Origin: Myxococcota bacterium
Lineage (GTDB): Bacteria > Myxococcota_A > UBA9160 > JAFDDA01
Length of the DNA: 64,000 nucleotides
Assembly: GCA_965228475.1 (NCBI GenBank)
Contig: OZ245817.1
Span: 736,001-800,000 of the forward strand
Direction: 5' to 3'
This document shows, in pieces, positions 46,469 to 55,466 of the stretch (within the stretch, counting starts at the first letter, position 1; each line of letters begins with the position of its first letter). The notes below the pieces were generated by a model. It was not told where the DNA came from. It searched no databases and saw only the letters and a program-made list of their open reading frames with translations. The position numbers and the translations under genes were made by a program.

Positions 46469-47458
46469 ATGGGGCTCCCCGAGGTCTTCGTCACCCGTGC
46501 CCTCCCGGCGGAGGTGCTGGCGCGGCTCGACGGCCGCGTCTCGTGGCGCTGCTGGCCGGGGGAGGGCGCCCCGTCGCGCGAGGCCCTGCTAGAGGGCGCC
46601 GCCCGCGCCGAGGGTCTCCTCTGCCTCCTGACGGACCCGATCGACGCCACCCTCCTCGACGCCGCCGCGAGCCTCCGGGTGATCTCGAGCTGCTCGGTGG
46701 GGCTCGACCACATCGACCTCGCCGCGGCCAGCGTCCGGGGCATCCCGGTGGGCCACACCCCCGGCGTCCTGGCCGAGACGACCGCGGACCTGACCCTGGC
46801 TCTCGCGCTGGCCGCCGCCCGGCGCATCCCCGAGGCCGATGCCTTCGTCCGTTCCGGGGGCTGGACGCCCGAGCGCCACTGGGCTCCGGACCTGATGCTC
46901 GGCCGGGACCTCCACGGCAGCACGGTCGGGCTGGTCGGCCTCGGGGCCATCGGCCAGGCCGTGGCCCGCCGGCTCGCGGGCTTCGGCTGCCGGGTCCTCG
47001 GCTGGACGCGGAGCGGCCGGGGCGTGCCCGGCGTAGAGGCCGTCTCGCTCGACGCGCTGCTTCGGGCCTCCGATTTCGTGAGCCTTCACGTGGCCTTGGC
47101 CGAGGAGACCCGAGGGCTGCTCGGGGCCGCGGAACTCGCCGCCATGAAGCCCGGCTCGATCCTCGTGAACACCGCCCGCGGCGGCCTCGTGGACGAGGCG
47201 GCGCTCGCCCGAGCGCTGGCCTCGGGTCACCTGGCGGCGGCCGCCCTCGACGTCTTCGAGGGGGAGCCGCTCGACCCGGCGAGCCCGCTCCTCGGGGCGC
47301 CGAACCTCGTCGTGGCGCCCCACATCGGGAGCGCCAGCGTCCGGACGCGGACCCGCATGGCCGAACTCGCCGTCGAGAACCTGCTGGCGGGCCTGGCCGG
47401 CGAACCGATGCCGGCCTGCGCCAACGCCGCGGACCTATCGCGGGCGAGCCGGCTCTAG
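46469..47458 (+). CDS. D-2-hydroxyacid dehydrogenase (glyoxylate reductase/D-glycerate dehydrogenase-like)
   Basis: VG.DHIDL, TPGVL.ETTAD, GLGAIG, NTARG, LDVFEGEP, PHIGSA. Confidence 0.92.
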   Translation: MGLPEVFVTRALPAEVLARLDGRVSWRCWPGEGAPSREALLEGAARAEGLLCLLTDPIDATLLDAAASLRVISSCSVGLDHIDLAAASVRGIPVGHTPGVLAETTADLTLALALAAARRIPEADAFVRSGGWTPERHWAPDLMLGRDLHGSTVGLVGLGAIGQAVARRLAGFGCRVLGWTRSGRGVPGVEAVSLDALLRASDFVSLHVALAEETRGLLGAAELAAMKPGSILVNTARGGLVDEAALARALASGHLAAAALDVFEGEPLDPASPLLGAPNLVVAPHIGSASVRTRTRMAELAVENLLAGLAGEPMPACANAADLSRASRL

Positions 47459-47868
47459 AGCACCTGCCGACACCGCTCGGCGAAGCTCCGAGGCGAGACG
47501 ATCTCTGCGCCGTGGTGCCGCGCTCGGTCCGCGAGCTTCCGGTCCGCCGTCACCACGGCCACGGCTCGCCCCCGGGGCGTGGACTTGACCTCCCGCACCA
47601 GCCACTCGTCCGCGGAAGGGGCGAAGACCTGTCGAACCCTCGAGGCTTCGGGCTGGGGTTCGCCCGGATCGTCCCCATCGAAGACCACCACGATCTCGGC
47701 GTCGACCTCCGGGAGCCCGGCCGCCAGCTCGAGAACGCGCTCCCGGGCGGGCCGGCGCCACCACTCGCTGCGCTCGCGCCCGGTCAGGACGGCGGCGTGC
47801 AACAGGTTGAAGCCATCGACGAGCCAGACCCGGCTCGATTCCGACTCTTCCGCGTGCGGGTCGGCCAT
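47455..47868 (-). CDS. NYN/PIN-domain putative RNase (YacP-like)
   Basis: WLVDGFNLL, VVVFDG, ADEWL, VVTADRKL. The frame is open upstream to ATG 48072. Confidence 0.8.
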   Translation of the reverse strand: MADPHAEESESSRVWLVDGFNLLHAAVLTGRERSEWWRRPARERVLELAAGLPEVDAEIVVVFDGDDPGEPQPEASRVRQVFAPSADEWLVREVKSTPRGRAVAVVTADRKLADRARHHGAEIVSPRSFAERCRQVL

Positions 47869-48194
47869 GGCTAGAGAGTAGGGAGAGGCCCCGCCGGCCC
47901 CAAACCGGCTCGGCGGCTCCTCGAACAGGGCGGCCGCCCCGAGCCCCCCGGCCACGAAGAGGGCCACGATCACCAGCGCGCCGCCCGACTCGCTCCAGAA
48001 CCCCGCCTCGTCCCGCTCCCCGCTGCCCTCGCCGTCCCGCTCCCCGCTGCCCTCTCTCGTTTCCTCGCGCATGGCCGCCCTCCGTCTTCGAGCCCCAGCA
48101 TCCGCCGGCCGCGTGACAGGGGCGGTCACGGCCGGGAGTCGGGCCCGGAGCGCGGCAGGGGCGGTCGCGCCCGGGATGCGATAAACGGGCCTGC

Positions 48195-49052
<858 letters not shown>

Positions 49053-49056
49053 ACCC

Positions 49057-50112
49057 GTGACTTCCTCGGAAACACCCGCCGCGCAGGGCTACCGCTGGCC
49101 GGCCGAGTGGGAGCCCCACGAAGCCACCTGGCTCGCCTGGCCCCACGATCGCGAGACCTGGCCCGGCTGCCTCGAGGCGGCCGAGCGCGCCTTCGTTGCG
49201 ATGGCGCGCGTCCTCGCGCCGAACGAGCGCGTCTGCATCAACGTCGGCGACGCGGCCCTCGAAGCACGCGCCCGCCGCGCCCTCACCGAGGGCGGCGTCG
49301 ACCCCGCCGCCGGCCGCGGCGTCGTCTTCCACCGCATCCCGAGCGACGACGCCTGGATCCGCGACCACGGCCCGAGCTTCCTCGTCCGCGAGCGGGAGGG
49401 CCTGCGGGAGCACGCGCTGCTCGACACCGGCTTCGATGCCTGGGGCGGGAAGTATCCGCCCTGGGATCAGGACGCCGCCGTCCCCGAAGCGATGGCGCGC
49501 ACGCTCGGGCTGCCGCGCTTCTCCGTGCCCGGCGTGCTCGAGGGCGGCTCGATCGACGGCAACGGCGCCGGGACGATCCTCACGACCGAGGAGTGCCTGC
49601 TCCACGAAAACCGCGGCGGCCGGACGCGCGAAGCCTGCGAGGCGCTGCTCGCCGACTGGTTCGGCGCGCGCCAGGTCGTATGGCTCGGCCGCGGCATCGC
49701 CGGCGACGACACCGACGGCCACGTCGACGACGTCACGCGCTTCGTCGCCGAGGACACCGTGGTCACGGTGCTCCCGGAGGACGACACGCATCCCGACGCC
49801 CCCGCGCTCCGCGAGAACGAACGCCGCCTCCGCGCCGCGCGCTGCGCTGAAGGAAAGCCGCTCCGCGTCGTCCCGCTCCCGGCCGCCCCGATCCTGCACG
49901 GCCCCGAGGGACCCCTCCCCGCGAGCTACGCCAACTTCTACCTCGCGAACGGGGTCTGCCTCGTCCCGACCTTCGCCGCCCCGAGCGACGCCCGGGCCCT
50001 CGACGTGCTCGCCGAACTCCTCCCGGGCCGCGACGTCGTCGGCATCGATGCCCGCACGCTCGTCGTGGGCCTCGGCGCCGTCCACTGCCTGACGCAGCAG
50101 CAGCCGCGCTGA
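49057..50112 (+). CDS. aguA: Agmatine deiminase family protein
   Basis: PAEWEPH, WIRDHGP, LEGGSI, DDTDGHVD, SYANF, GAVHCLTQQ. Confidence 0.93.
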   Translation: MTSSETPAAQGYRWPAEWEPHEATWLAWPHDRETWPGCLEAAERAFVAMARVLAPNERVCINVGDAALEARARRALTEGGVDPAAGRGVVFHRIPSDDAWIRDHGPSFLVREREGLREHALLDTGFDAWGGKYPPWDQDAAVPEAMARTLGLPRFSVPGVLEGGSIDGNGAGTILTTEECLLHENRGGRTREACEALLADWFGARQVVWLGRGIAGDDTDGHVDDVTRFVAEDTVVTVLPEDDTHPDAPALRENERRLRAARCAEGKPLRVVPLPAAPILHGPEGPLPASYANFYLANGVCLVPTFAAPSDARALDVLAELLPGRDVVGIDARTLVVGLGAVHCLTQQQPR

Positions 50113-50119
50113 GGCCGGT

Positions 50120-50191
50120 TGTGAAGTAGTTCACAGTCCGCCCGGCCCTGTGAACTACTTCACTTCGCCGCCGGGGCCCCGTCCGTAGTCT
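50120..50191 (+). promoter_or_regulatory. Twin CRP/FNR-family boxes plus candidate -10
   Basis: TGTGA-AGTAGT-TCACA (50120-50135) and TGTGA-ACTACT-TCACT (50149-50164), then TAGTCT at 50186-50191. Confidence 0.65.
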
Positions 50192-50230
50192 CGTCTCGTA
50201 CCAGCGATCCATGCTGGCGCGGAGACACCG

Positions 50231-52711
50231 ATGCCGAACGTCGCCCGACTCGCCTCCCTCTTCATCCTGCTGTCATGCCTGAACAGTGCACCCGCGGAAG
50301 CCAGCGAACCCTACCGCCGTGACCTGAACGCCCCCGGAGACGAGCTCGTCACCTTCGACCCGGGAACCGGGCTCGAATGGCTCGACCCCTCGGTCACGGC
50401 GTGGCTCTCGTACGAAGACATCGTTGCTGGCGTCGGCGGCTTTGCTGCCGCCGGTTGGCGCCACGCGACGCTCTCCGAACTCTGCAACCTGCAGGCTTCC
50501 AGCGTGCTCTCGGTCCCGTGCGGTGAGGAGTTCACGATCACGGAGTACTCGACTTCGGAGATCGAGAGCTTCTCGTCCTGGTGGACCCTGCTCGGAGCCA
50601 GCGGGCCCTTCGGCTGCTCCCTGCAAACCGACGCCGCCTACGACGGTGGGGGCCCGGCCGAAGCGGGACGCTTTCGGATCAACCTTCCGTTCGGCCTCCC
50701 CAACGTCGCGCCCTGCGAGCTCGGTCCGTCTCCTCCGGACACCGTGACCACCGTCTTCGAGTTCGTCACCGTCGCCCGAAACGAACCGGTGGGCGGTCAC
50801 CTCCTCGTGCGAACCGCCTGCAGCGACGGGCAGGACCAGGACGGTGACGGCCTGGTGGATCTCGCCGATCCCGACTGCGCCGACCCGAACGACGCGTCCG
50901 AATGGAGCCTCGCGGAGGGCGACATTCTCGTGGCCGATCTGCACCTGTACCGCGTGGATCCGGCGAGCGGCGCGACGACGCTGCTCGCGTCCTACGTCGA
51001 GGCGTCCGGGGTCGCGGCGGTCGCCGATGGAACCGTGTACTTCTTCGACGAGTTCCGGAGCCGGATCTACCGCATCGATCCCGACGGCCGCATGCCCGTC
51101 ATCTACGTCGACCCGCCGAACAACTGGGATCAGCTGCTGACGTCGACCGCCGACGGGAGACTCGCCTTCGAGAGTGGTGGCACCCTTCGCCTGCTCGATC
51201 CGATCGCGGGGCCCATCGACGCGCTGGGCAGCACGGGCGGTCGCCCGGAGGGTCTCACCGTCACTCCGTCCGGCACGGTGGTCTGGGGGCACTGGGGCCT
51301 TCGCGAGAAGAACCCGGGCGCGGCCGGCTACGTGGAGCTGGCGGACGTCGAGAGCCTCGACGTCGGGCCGATGGACGTCGCGCCCGACGGAAGTCTCCTC
51401 TTCCTCGCCCGCAATACGGAGGAGCTCTACCGGGTTCCCTTGCCCTTCGGCACCGCCGAAGAGCCCGTTGCCCTGAGCGATGGTCTCGCGCCCGCCGACA
51501 TGGACGTCCTCGCGGTCGAGTCGGATGGGTCGTGGCTCTTGAGCGCCGCCTGGCCCGAGAAGGCGATCCTCCGCTTCCCGGCCGGAGGAGGGTCTCCCGA
51601 GACCCTGTCCAGCGAAGGCCCGATCGTGAACCCGCAGCAGGTCGTCGTCTTCCGTCCCCCGGTCGATGGTCCCCAGTGCGCAAACGGCATCGACGACGAC
51701 CACGACGGCCAGGCCGACGCCGTCGATCCGGACTGCTCCGATGCGTCGGACGACAGCGAGTGGCACCTGGTGGCGGGCGAGCCCCTGGCCATCGCGAACG
51801 GGGTCGTCGCGCGCGTGGATCCGCTCTCCGGCGCGGCGACCGTGCTGACCTCGGCCGGCCAGGTAGGGGGTGTCGGTCTCGGGATCGACGGCGCGCTGTA
51901 CGTGACCGAGGACGGCGGCATCATGCGCCTCGATCCCGCCGACGGCTCGAAGGTCCGCGTTGCCTTCACCGAGGGCGCCCAACCCTTCGCCATCGACGGA
52001 GCCGGGGTGCTCTACCACGGCGGGCCGGACTACAACCCCTCGTTCCTCTACGTCGTCGATACGACTACGGGGAGTTGGAGCGGGTCGTCCTATCCCTTCT
52101 ATGACGAACTCGGCGGCCTGGTCGTCGAGCCTGCTGGAACCCTGGTCGCGGTGGAGGGGCCGAGCCTCGCGCGTATCGATCCCGCGACGTTCAGCGTCAC
52201 GACGCTGTGGTCGTCCTTCTCCCGCCCGATCGGAGGCATCGAACTCGAAGCCAGCGGCGATCTCCTGTTCATCAATCGGTACGTGTTCGGGCCCAACGAG
52301 ATCCGTCGCTTCGATCTGCAGGGCGGAGGGTCATCGACCCTGCTCGAGACGCTTCCGGCCGGGCACGCCGGCGGCATCATCGTCGAGCCGGACGGCTCCT
52401 GGTTGGCTGCGAGCGAAGGGGGTCTGTACCGGTTCGCGAACGGGGTGGGGCCGGCGATTCTGCTGCGCTCGACGGCGCAAGATCTCGAGCTCTTCCAGGT
52501 CGAGCTGCCCAGCGGAGCGACCGGCCCCCCGGCGTGCGCCAACGGTCTCGACGACGACGGCGACGGCCTGGTGGACCTTGGTGACCCCCACTGCGCCGAT
52601 GCGAGCGACGGGACCGAGGGGCCGACGGCCTGCGGTCTCGGGACTGAGATCGCCTTCCTGCTCCCGTTGCTCCGCCGGCTCCGCCGGCGGTGCCGTGCGG
52701 CCCGGGCCTAG
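50231..52711 (+). CDS. Secreted repeat protein with two beta-propeller-like regions, Cys/Asp repeats and a C-terminal sorting-like tail
   Basis: Signal peptide, three C.DG.D.D.DG..D..DP.C motifs, NHL/SMP-30-like blades, and the tail CGLGTEIAFLLPLLRRLRRR. Confidence 0.75.
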   Translation: MPNVARLASLFILLSCLNSAPAEASEPYRRDLNAPGDELVTFDPGTGLEWLDPSVTAWLSYEDIVAGVGGFAAAGWRHATLSELCNLQASSVLSVPCGEEFTITEYSTSEIESFSSWWTLLGASGPFGCSLQTDAAYDGGGPAEAGRFRINLPFGLPNVAPCELGPSPPDTVTTVFEFVTVARNEPVGGHLLVRTACSDGQDQDGDGLVDLADPDCADPNDASEWSLAEGDILVADLHLYRVDPASGATTLLASYVEASGVAAVADGTVYFFDEFRSRIYRIDPDGRMPVIYVDPPNNWDQLLTSTADGRLAFESGGTLRLLDPIAGPIDALGSTGGRPEGLTVTPSGTVVWGHWGLREKNPGAAGYVELADVESLDVGPMDVAPDGSLLFLARNTEELYRVPLPFGTAEEPVALSDGLAPADMDVLAVESDGSWLLSAAWPEKAILRFPAGGGSPETLSSEGPIVNPQQVVVFRPPVDGPQCANGIDDDHDGQADAVDPDCSDASDDSEWHLVAGEPLAIANGVVARVDPLSGAATVLTSAGQVGGVGLGIDGALYVTEDGGIMRLDPADGSKVRVAFTEGAQPFAIDGAGVLYHGGPDYNPSFLYVVDTTTGSWSGSSYPFYDELGGLVVEPAGTLVAVEGPSLARIDPATFSVTTLWSSFSRPIGGIELEASGDLLFINRYVFGPNEIRRFDLQGGGSSTLLETLPAGHAGGIIVEPDGSWLAASEGGLYRFANGVGPAILLRSTAQDLELFQVELPSGATGPPACANGLDDDGDGLVDLGDPHCADASDGTEGPTACGLGTEIAFLLPLLRRLRRRCRAARA

Positions 52712-55215
52712 GGCCGCAGCGGCGTTCCGCCGATGAGCGGGTCGCAGGGCTCGGTGCCTTCGAAGAGCTCGAAGGGCGCGAAGCCGCCCGCCGTGGCGTT
52801 GCCGTCGCACAGGCCGTCGCAGGTGTCGACGATCTCGCCGGTCTCGAACCAGGTCGTGATCTGGCTCGCGGCCGCGCCGGTGCGGAAGCTCCGGCCGTGG
52901 GGGTCGCAGCCGGAGGTGGCGTCCTGGTTGCTGAGCGGCGGCACGAAGGGCAGGTCGTCCGGGTTCTCGAGGTCGTACATGCCGAGGTCGTGCCAGACCG
53001 CCGCGCCCTTGAACTTGCCGGCGTCCGCCGATAGCGGGCCGGGGACGTCGGGGACGCCGAGCCGGCCCGAGACGGCCGAGCCGCTCGGCCCGGCGGCGTC
53101 GTGCAGGTTCGGCAGGCCGAGGGTGCGCGCCATGATGTCGGTCGCGACGTTCGGCACGATGCCGTCGAAGCGCGCGACGGTCATCAGCATGTCCTTGGCC
53201 TTGCCGCTCCCGGGCAGCGGGTCCTCGGTCACGTGGCGCAGGTAGCCGGCCGGCTCGCCGCTGTCCCAGAGCTCTTCGGCGAGCCCGAAGAAGAGGGCCT
53301 GGGCCATGGGGTCCGGGTTCAGCAGGCCGAGCGCGATCGAGATCAGGCCGATGGCCGCCGAGCGCTGGATCATGATGCTGAAGTTGCTGCCCGGGACGTC
53401 CGCGCCCACGCGGCCGAGATCCGGCGAGAGCGCCGCGAGCTGGGTCCCCATGACGCCGCCGAGGCTCACGCCGAAGTAGTCGACGTTCTTCGTCCCGGTC
53501 GGGAAGACGCCTTCACCGTCGGGCGTCTGGAAGGCGGGGTGAGCGTTGAAGCGGCCCTCCTTCATCATGCGGCCGAGCACGAGGGCGTTCGTCATGCCCT
53601 GGCGCAGGCGGTCCGGCAGGGCGCCGAAGTTGTTCGCGTCGAACAGCACGCCCTGGAGGATGAAGCTCGGCTGGAAGAGGTTCGAGAAGTCGAGGTCGAA
53701 GCTCGAGAGCCCGAGCCAGTCCGTCGCCCCGGCGATGCGGATGAAGTCCGGCAAGCCGTAGTCGTTCTGCACGTTGCCGAGTGCGCCGGCGAGCCCGACG
53801 GCCTGGCGCGCGTTCCCGAACAGGCCCGGCCCGTGCTGGATCGGCGCGATCTTCTCTTCCCCGGCGGTGAGGACCTCGCAGGGCAGGTTGATCGAGAAGT
53901 TCGCGTTCATGAGGCCCTGGGCCTCGGGCAGGCCGTCGCCGTCGGCGTCGACGAGGCGGCCGCCGGTGACCGGGTCGAGCAGCGGGTCCGAGTCGAGGAA
54001 GAGTGGCGAGGCGAACTGGCCGCGGAGCTGCCGCCAGTGCCGCGTGCCCGGCACGCTGCAATCGTTCTGGATCGAGAAGTCGCCCGCCAGGTCGTCGCCC
54101 GGGCCCGCGAAGGGGTAGACGTGGAAGGTCGGATCGGTCTCGGCGGCGAGCCAGGCGTAGGCGTGGTCGCGCATGGCGAGCATCTCGCGCGTCAGGCCCT
54201 CGTCGCTCTGAACGACGAAGTCGAAGGCGAGCACGAGCTCGCTGCGCACGACGCCGATCTTCTCGAGCTTGCGCAGCACCCAATCCGTGTGCTCCCGGCG
54301 TGCCTCGACGCCGGCGATGTCGCTCGGGCGTCCGTCGCGCAGGGCCGCGAAGACGGGCTCCGCCGCGATGTCCTCGCCGGCCAGATTCTTGAGCCCGCGC
54401 ATCGCGACCAGGTAGCGGTGCCCGGGGCGCAGACCCTCGGCGGGGCGCAGGAAGAGGACGGCGCGGTCGGGCTGGCCCGCGGCGAGCGCGCGGCCGTCCA
54501 TCTCGATGAAGTGCGGAACGGGAACCATGCCCGAGTCGACGTCGATCAGGAGCGTCGGGCTGTCGGGCTGGAGGGAGGTGTCGTCGAAGGTGCGGGTGTC
54601 CGCGCGCAGGTGCGACGCGCCCGAGAGCACCGGGTCGACGCCGCCCGGGAAGTGCATGAGGACCTGGGCGGCGGGGCTGAAGCCGTCCTGCCCGCCGAAG
54701 GGCGCGCTCTGGAGCGAGGCGCCTGAGAGGATGGGAAGTACGCCTTCCGGGTACGCGACCTCGAAGCCGGTCGGCGTCGCCGCGGGGGTGAGGTAACGGG
54801 AAGAGGGGAAGGGGAGCAGGCAGTCGGCGCCGTTCAGGAGCTCGCAGTCGTCCGGGCGGTCGAGGCCGCGGCGCTCGAACCAGTTCTCGGACTCGAGCGT
54901 GACGAGCATGCCGGCCATGTCGAAGACCGCGCGCGCCGAGAGCGCGAAGCGGCCTTCGCCGAGTCCGGCGAGCTCCCCGCGCGCCACGCCGTCCTCGACG
55001 GTGAAGTCCGCGAGGCCGAGGCTCGGCGCGCCGTCCACGGCGAGCTCGAGCTCCACCAGCTCGCCGATCGGCGGAAGCCGGAGGGCCACGGCGCTCGGGC
55101 CCGAGGCCCCGGTGAGCAGTCCGGGCTTCGGCTCGAGGAAGGGGAGACCGGTTTCGACGGAGCAGGAGCTTCCGAGGAAGAGGATCGAGAGCAGGGTGGC
55201 GGTGCGGCGGAACAC
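52708..55215 (-). CDS. Large lipoprotein alpha/beta hydrolase, paralog A
   Basis: GGAGG before GTG 55215, lipobox-like LGSSC, CLLPFPS, DGFSP, GVSLGG, Asp (FDGIVPN), His (DPHG). Confidence 0.78.
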   Translation of the reverse strand: MFRRTATLLSILFLGSSCSVETGLPFLEPKPGLLTGASGPSAVALRLPPIGELVELELAVDGAPSLGLADFTVEDGVARGELAGLGEGRFALSARAVFDMAGMLVTLESENWFERRGLDRPDDCELLNGADCLLPFPSSRYLTPAATPTGFEVAYPEGVLPILSGASLQSAPFGGQDGFSPAAQVLMHFPGGVDPVLSGASHLRADTRTFDDTSLQPDSPTLLIDVDSGMVPVPHFIEMDGRALAAGQPDRAVLFLRPAEGLRPGHRYLVAMRGLKNLAGEDIAAEPVFAALRDGRPSDIAGVEARREHTDWVLRKLEKIGVVRSELVLAFDFVVQSDEGLTREMLAMRDHAYAWLAAETDPTFHVYPFAGPGDDLAGDFSIQNDCSVPGTRHWRQLRGQFASPLFLDSDPLLDPVTGGRLVDADGDGLPEAQGLMNANFSINLPCEVLTAGEEKIAPIQHGPGLFGNARQAVGLAGALGNVQNDYGLPDFIRIAGATDWLGLSSFDLDFSNLFQPSFILQGVLFDANNFGALPDRLRQGMTNALVLGRMMKEGRFNAHPAFQTPDGEGVFPTGTKNVDYFGVSLGGVMGTQLAALSPDLGRVGADVPGSNFSIMIQRSAAIGLISIALGLLNPDPMAQALFFGLAEELWDSGEPAGYLRHVTEDPLPGSGKAKDMLMTVARFDGIVPNVATDIMARTLGLPNLHDAAGPSGSAVSGRLGVPDVPGPLSADAGKFKGAAVWHDLGMYDLENPDDLPFVPPLSNQDATSGCDPHGRSFRTGAAASQITTWFETGEIVDTCDGLCDGNATAGGFAPFELFEGTEPCDPLIGGTPLRP

Positions 55216-55466
55216 GGAACCTCCGAGGGGATGCAGCCCGGGGCCTCCGGGGTGAAACAGGGACAAGGCCGGCGAGCAGCTTGGCCGAATCGGCGACTGA
55301 CCGCCAGTTCAAAGAAGACCCTGACCGAGGCGGGCCCCGTGGCGCTCCTGGGCGAGGGGAATGCCCCGCTTTGCCTTACTTTTCCCTTCCATTTCAGGGA
55401 TTTGACGGCGTATCCTGGCCGGTCGCCAAACGCCCGGTCAACGCCCGACCGAACCTGGAGTTCCCG

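Noticed and set aside
47455..47868. NYN protein as a toxin-antitoxin or defence component
   Set aside because: There is no adjacent antitoxin or defence gene, and small YacP-like NYN proteins are commonly stand-alone.
50231..52711. Genomic island or mobile element around the secreted protein
   Set aside because: The compositional shift is slight, and there is no integrase, transposase, tRNA or flanking direct repeat.
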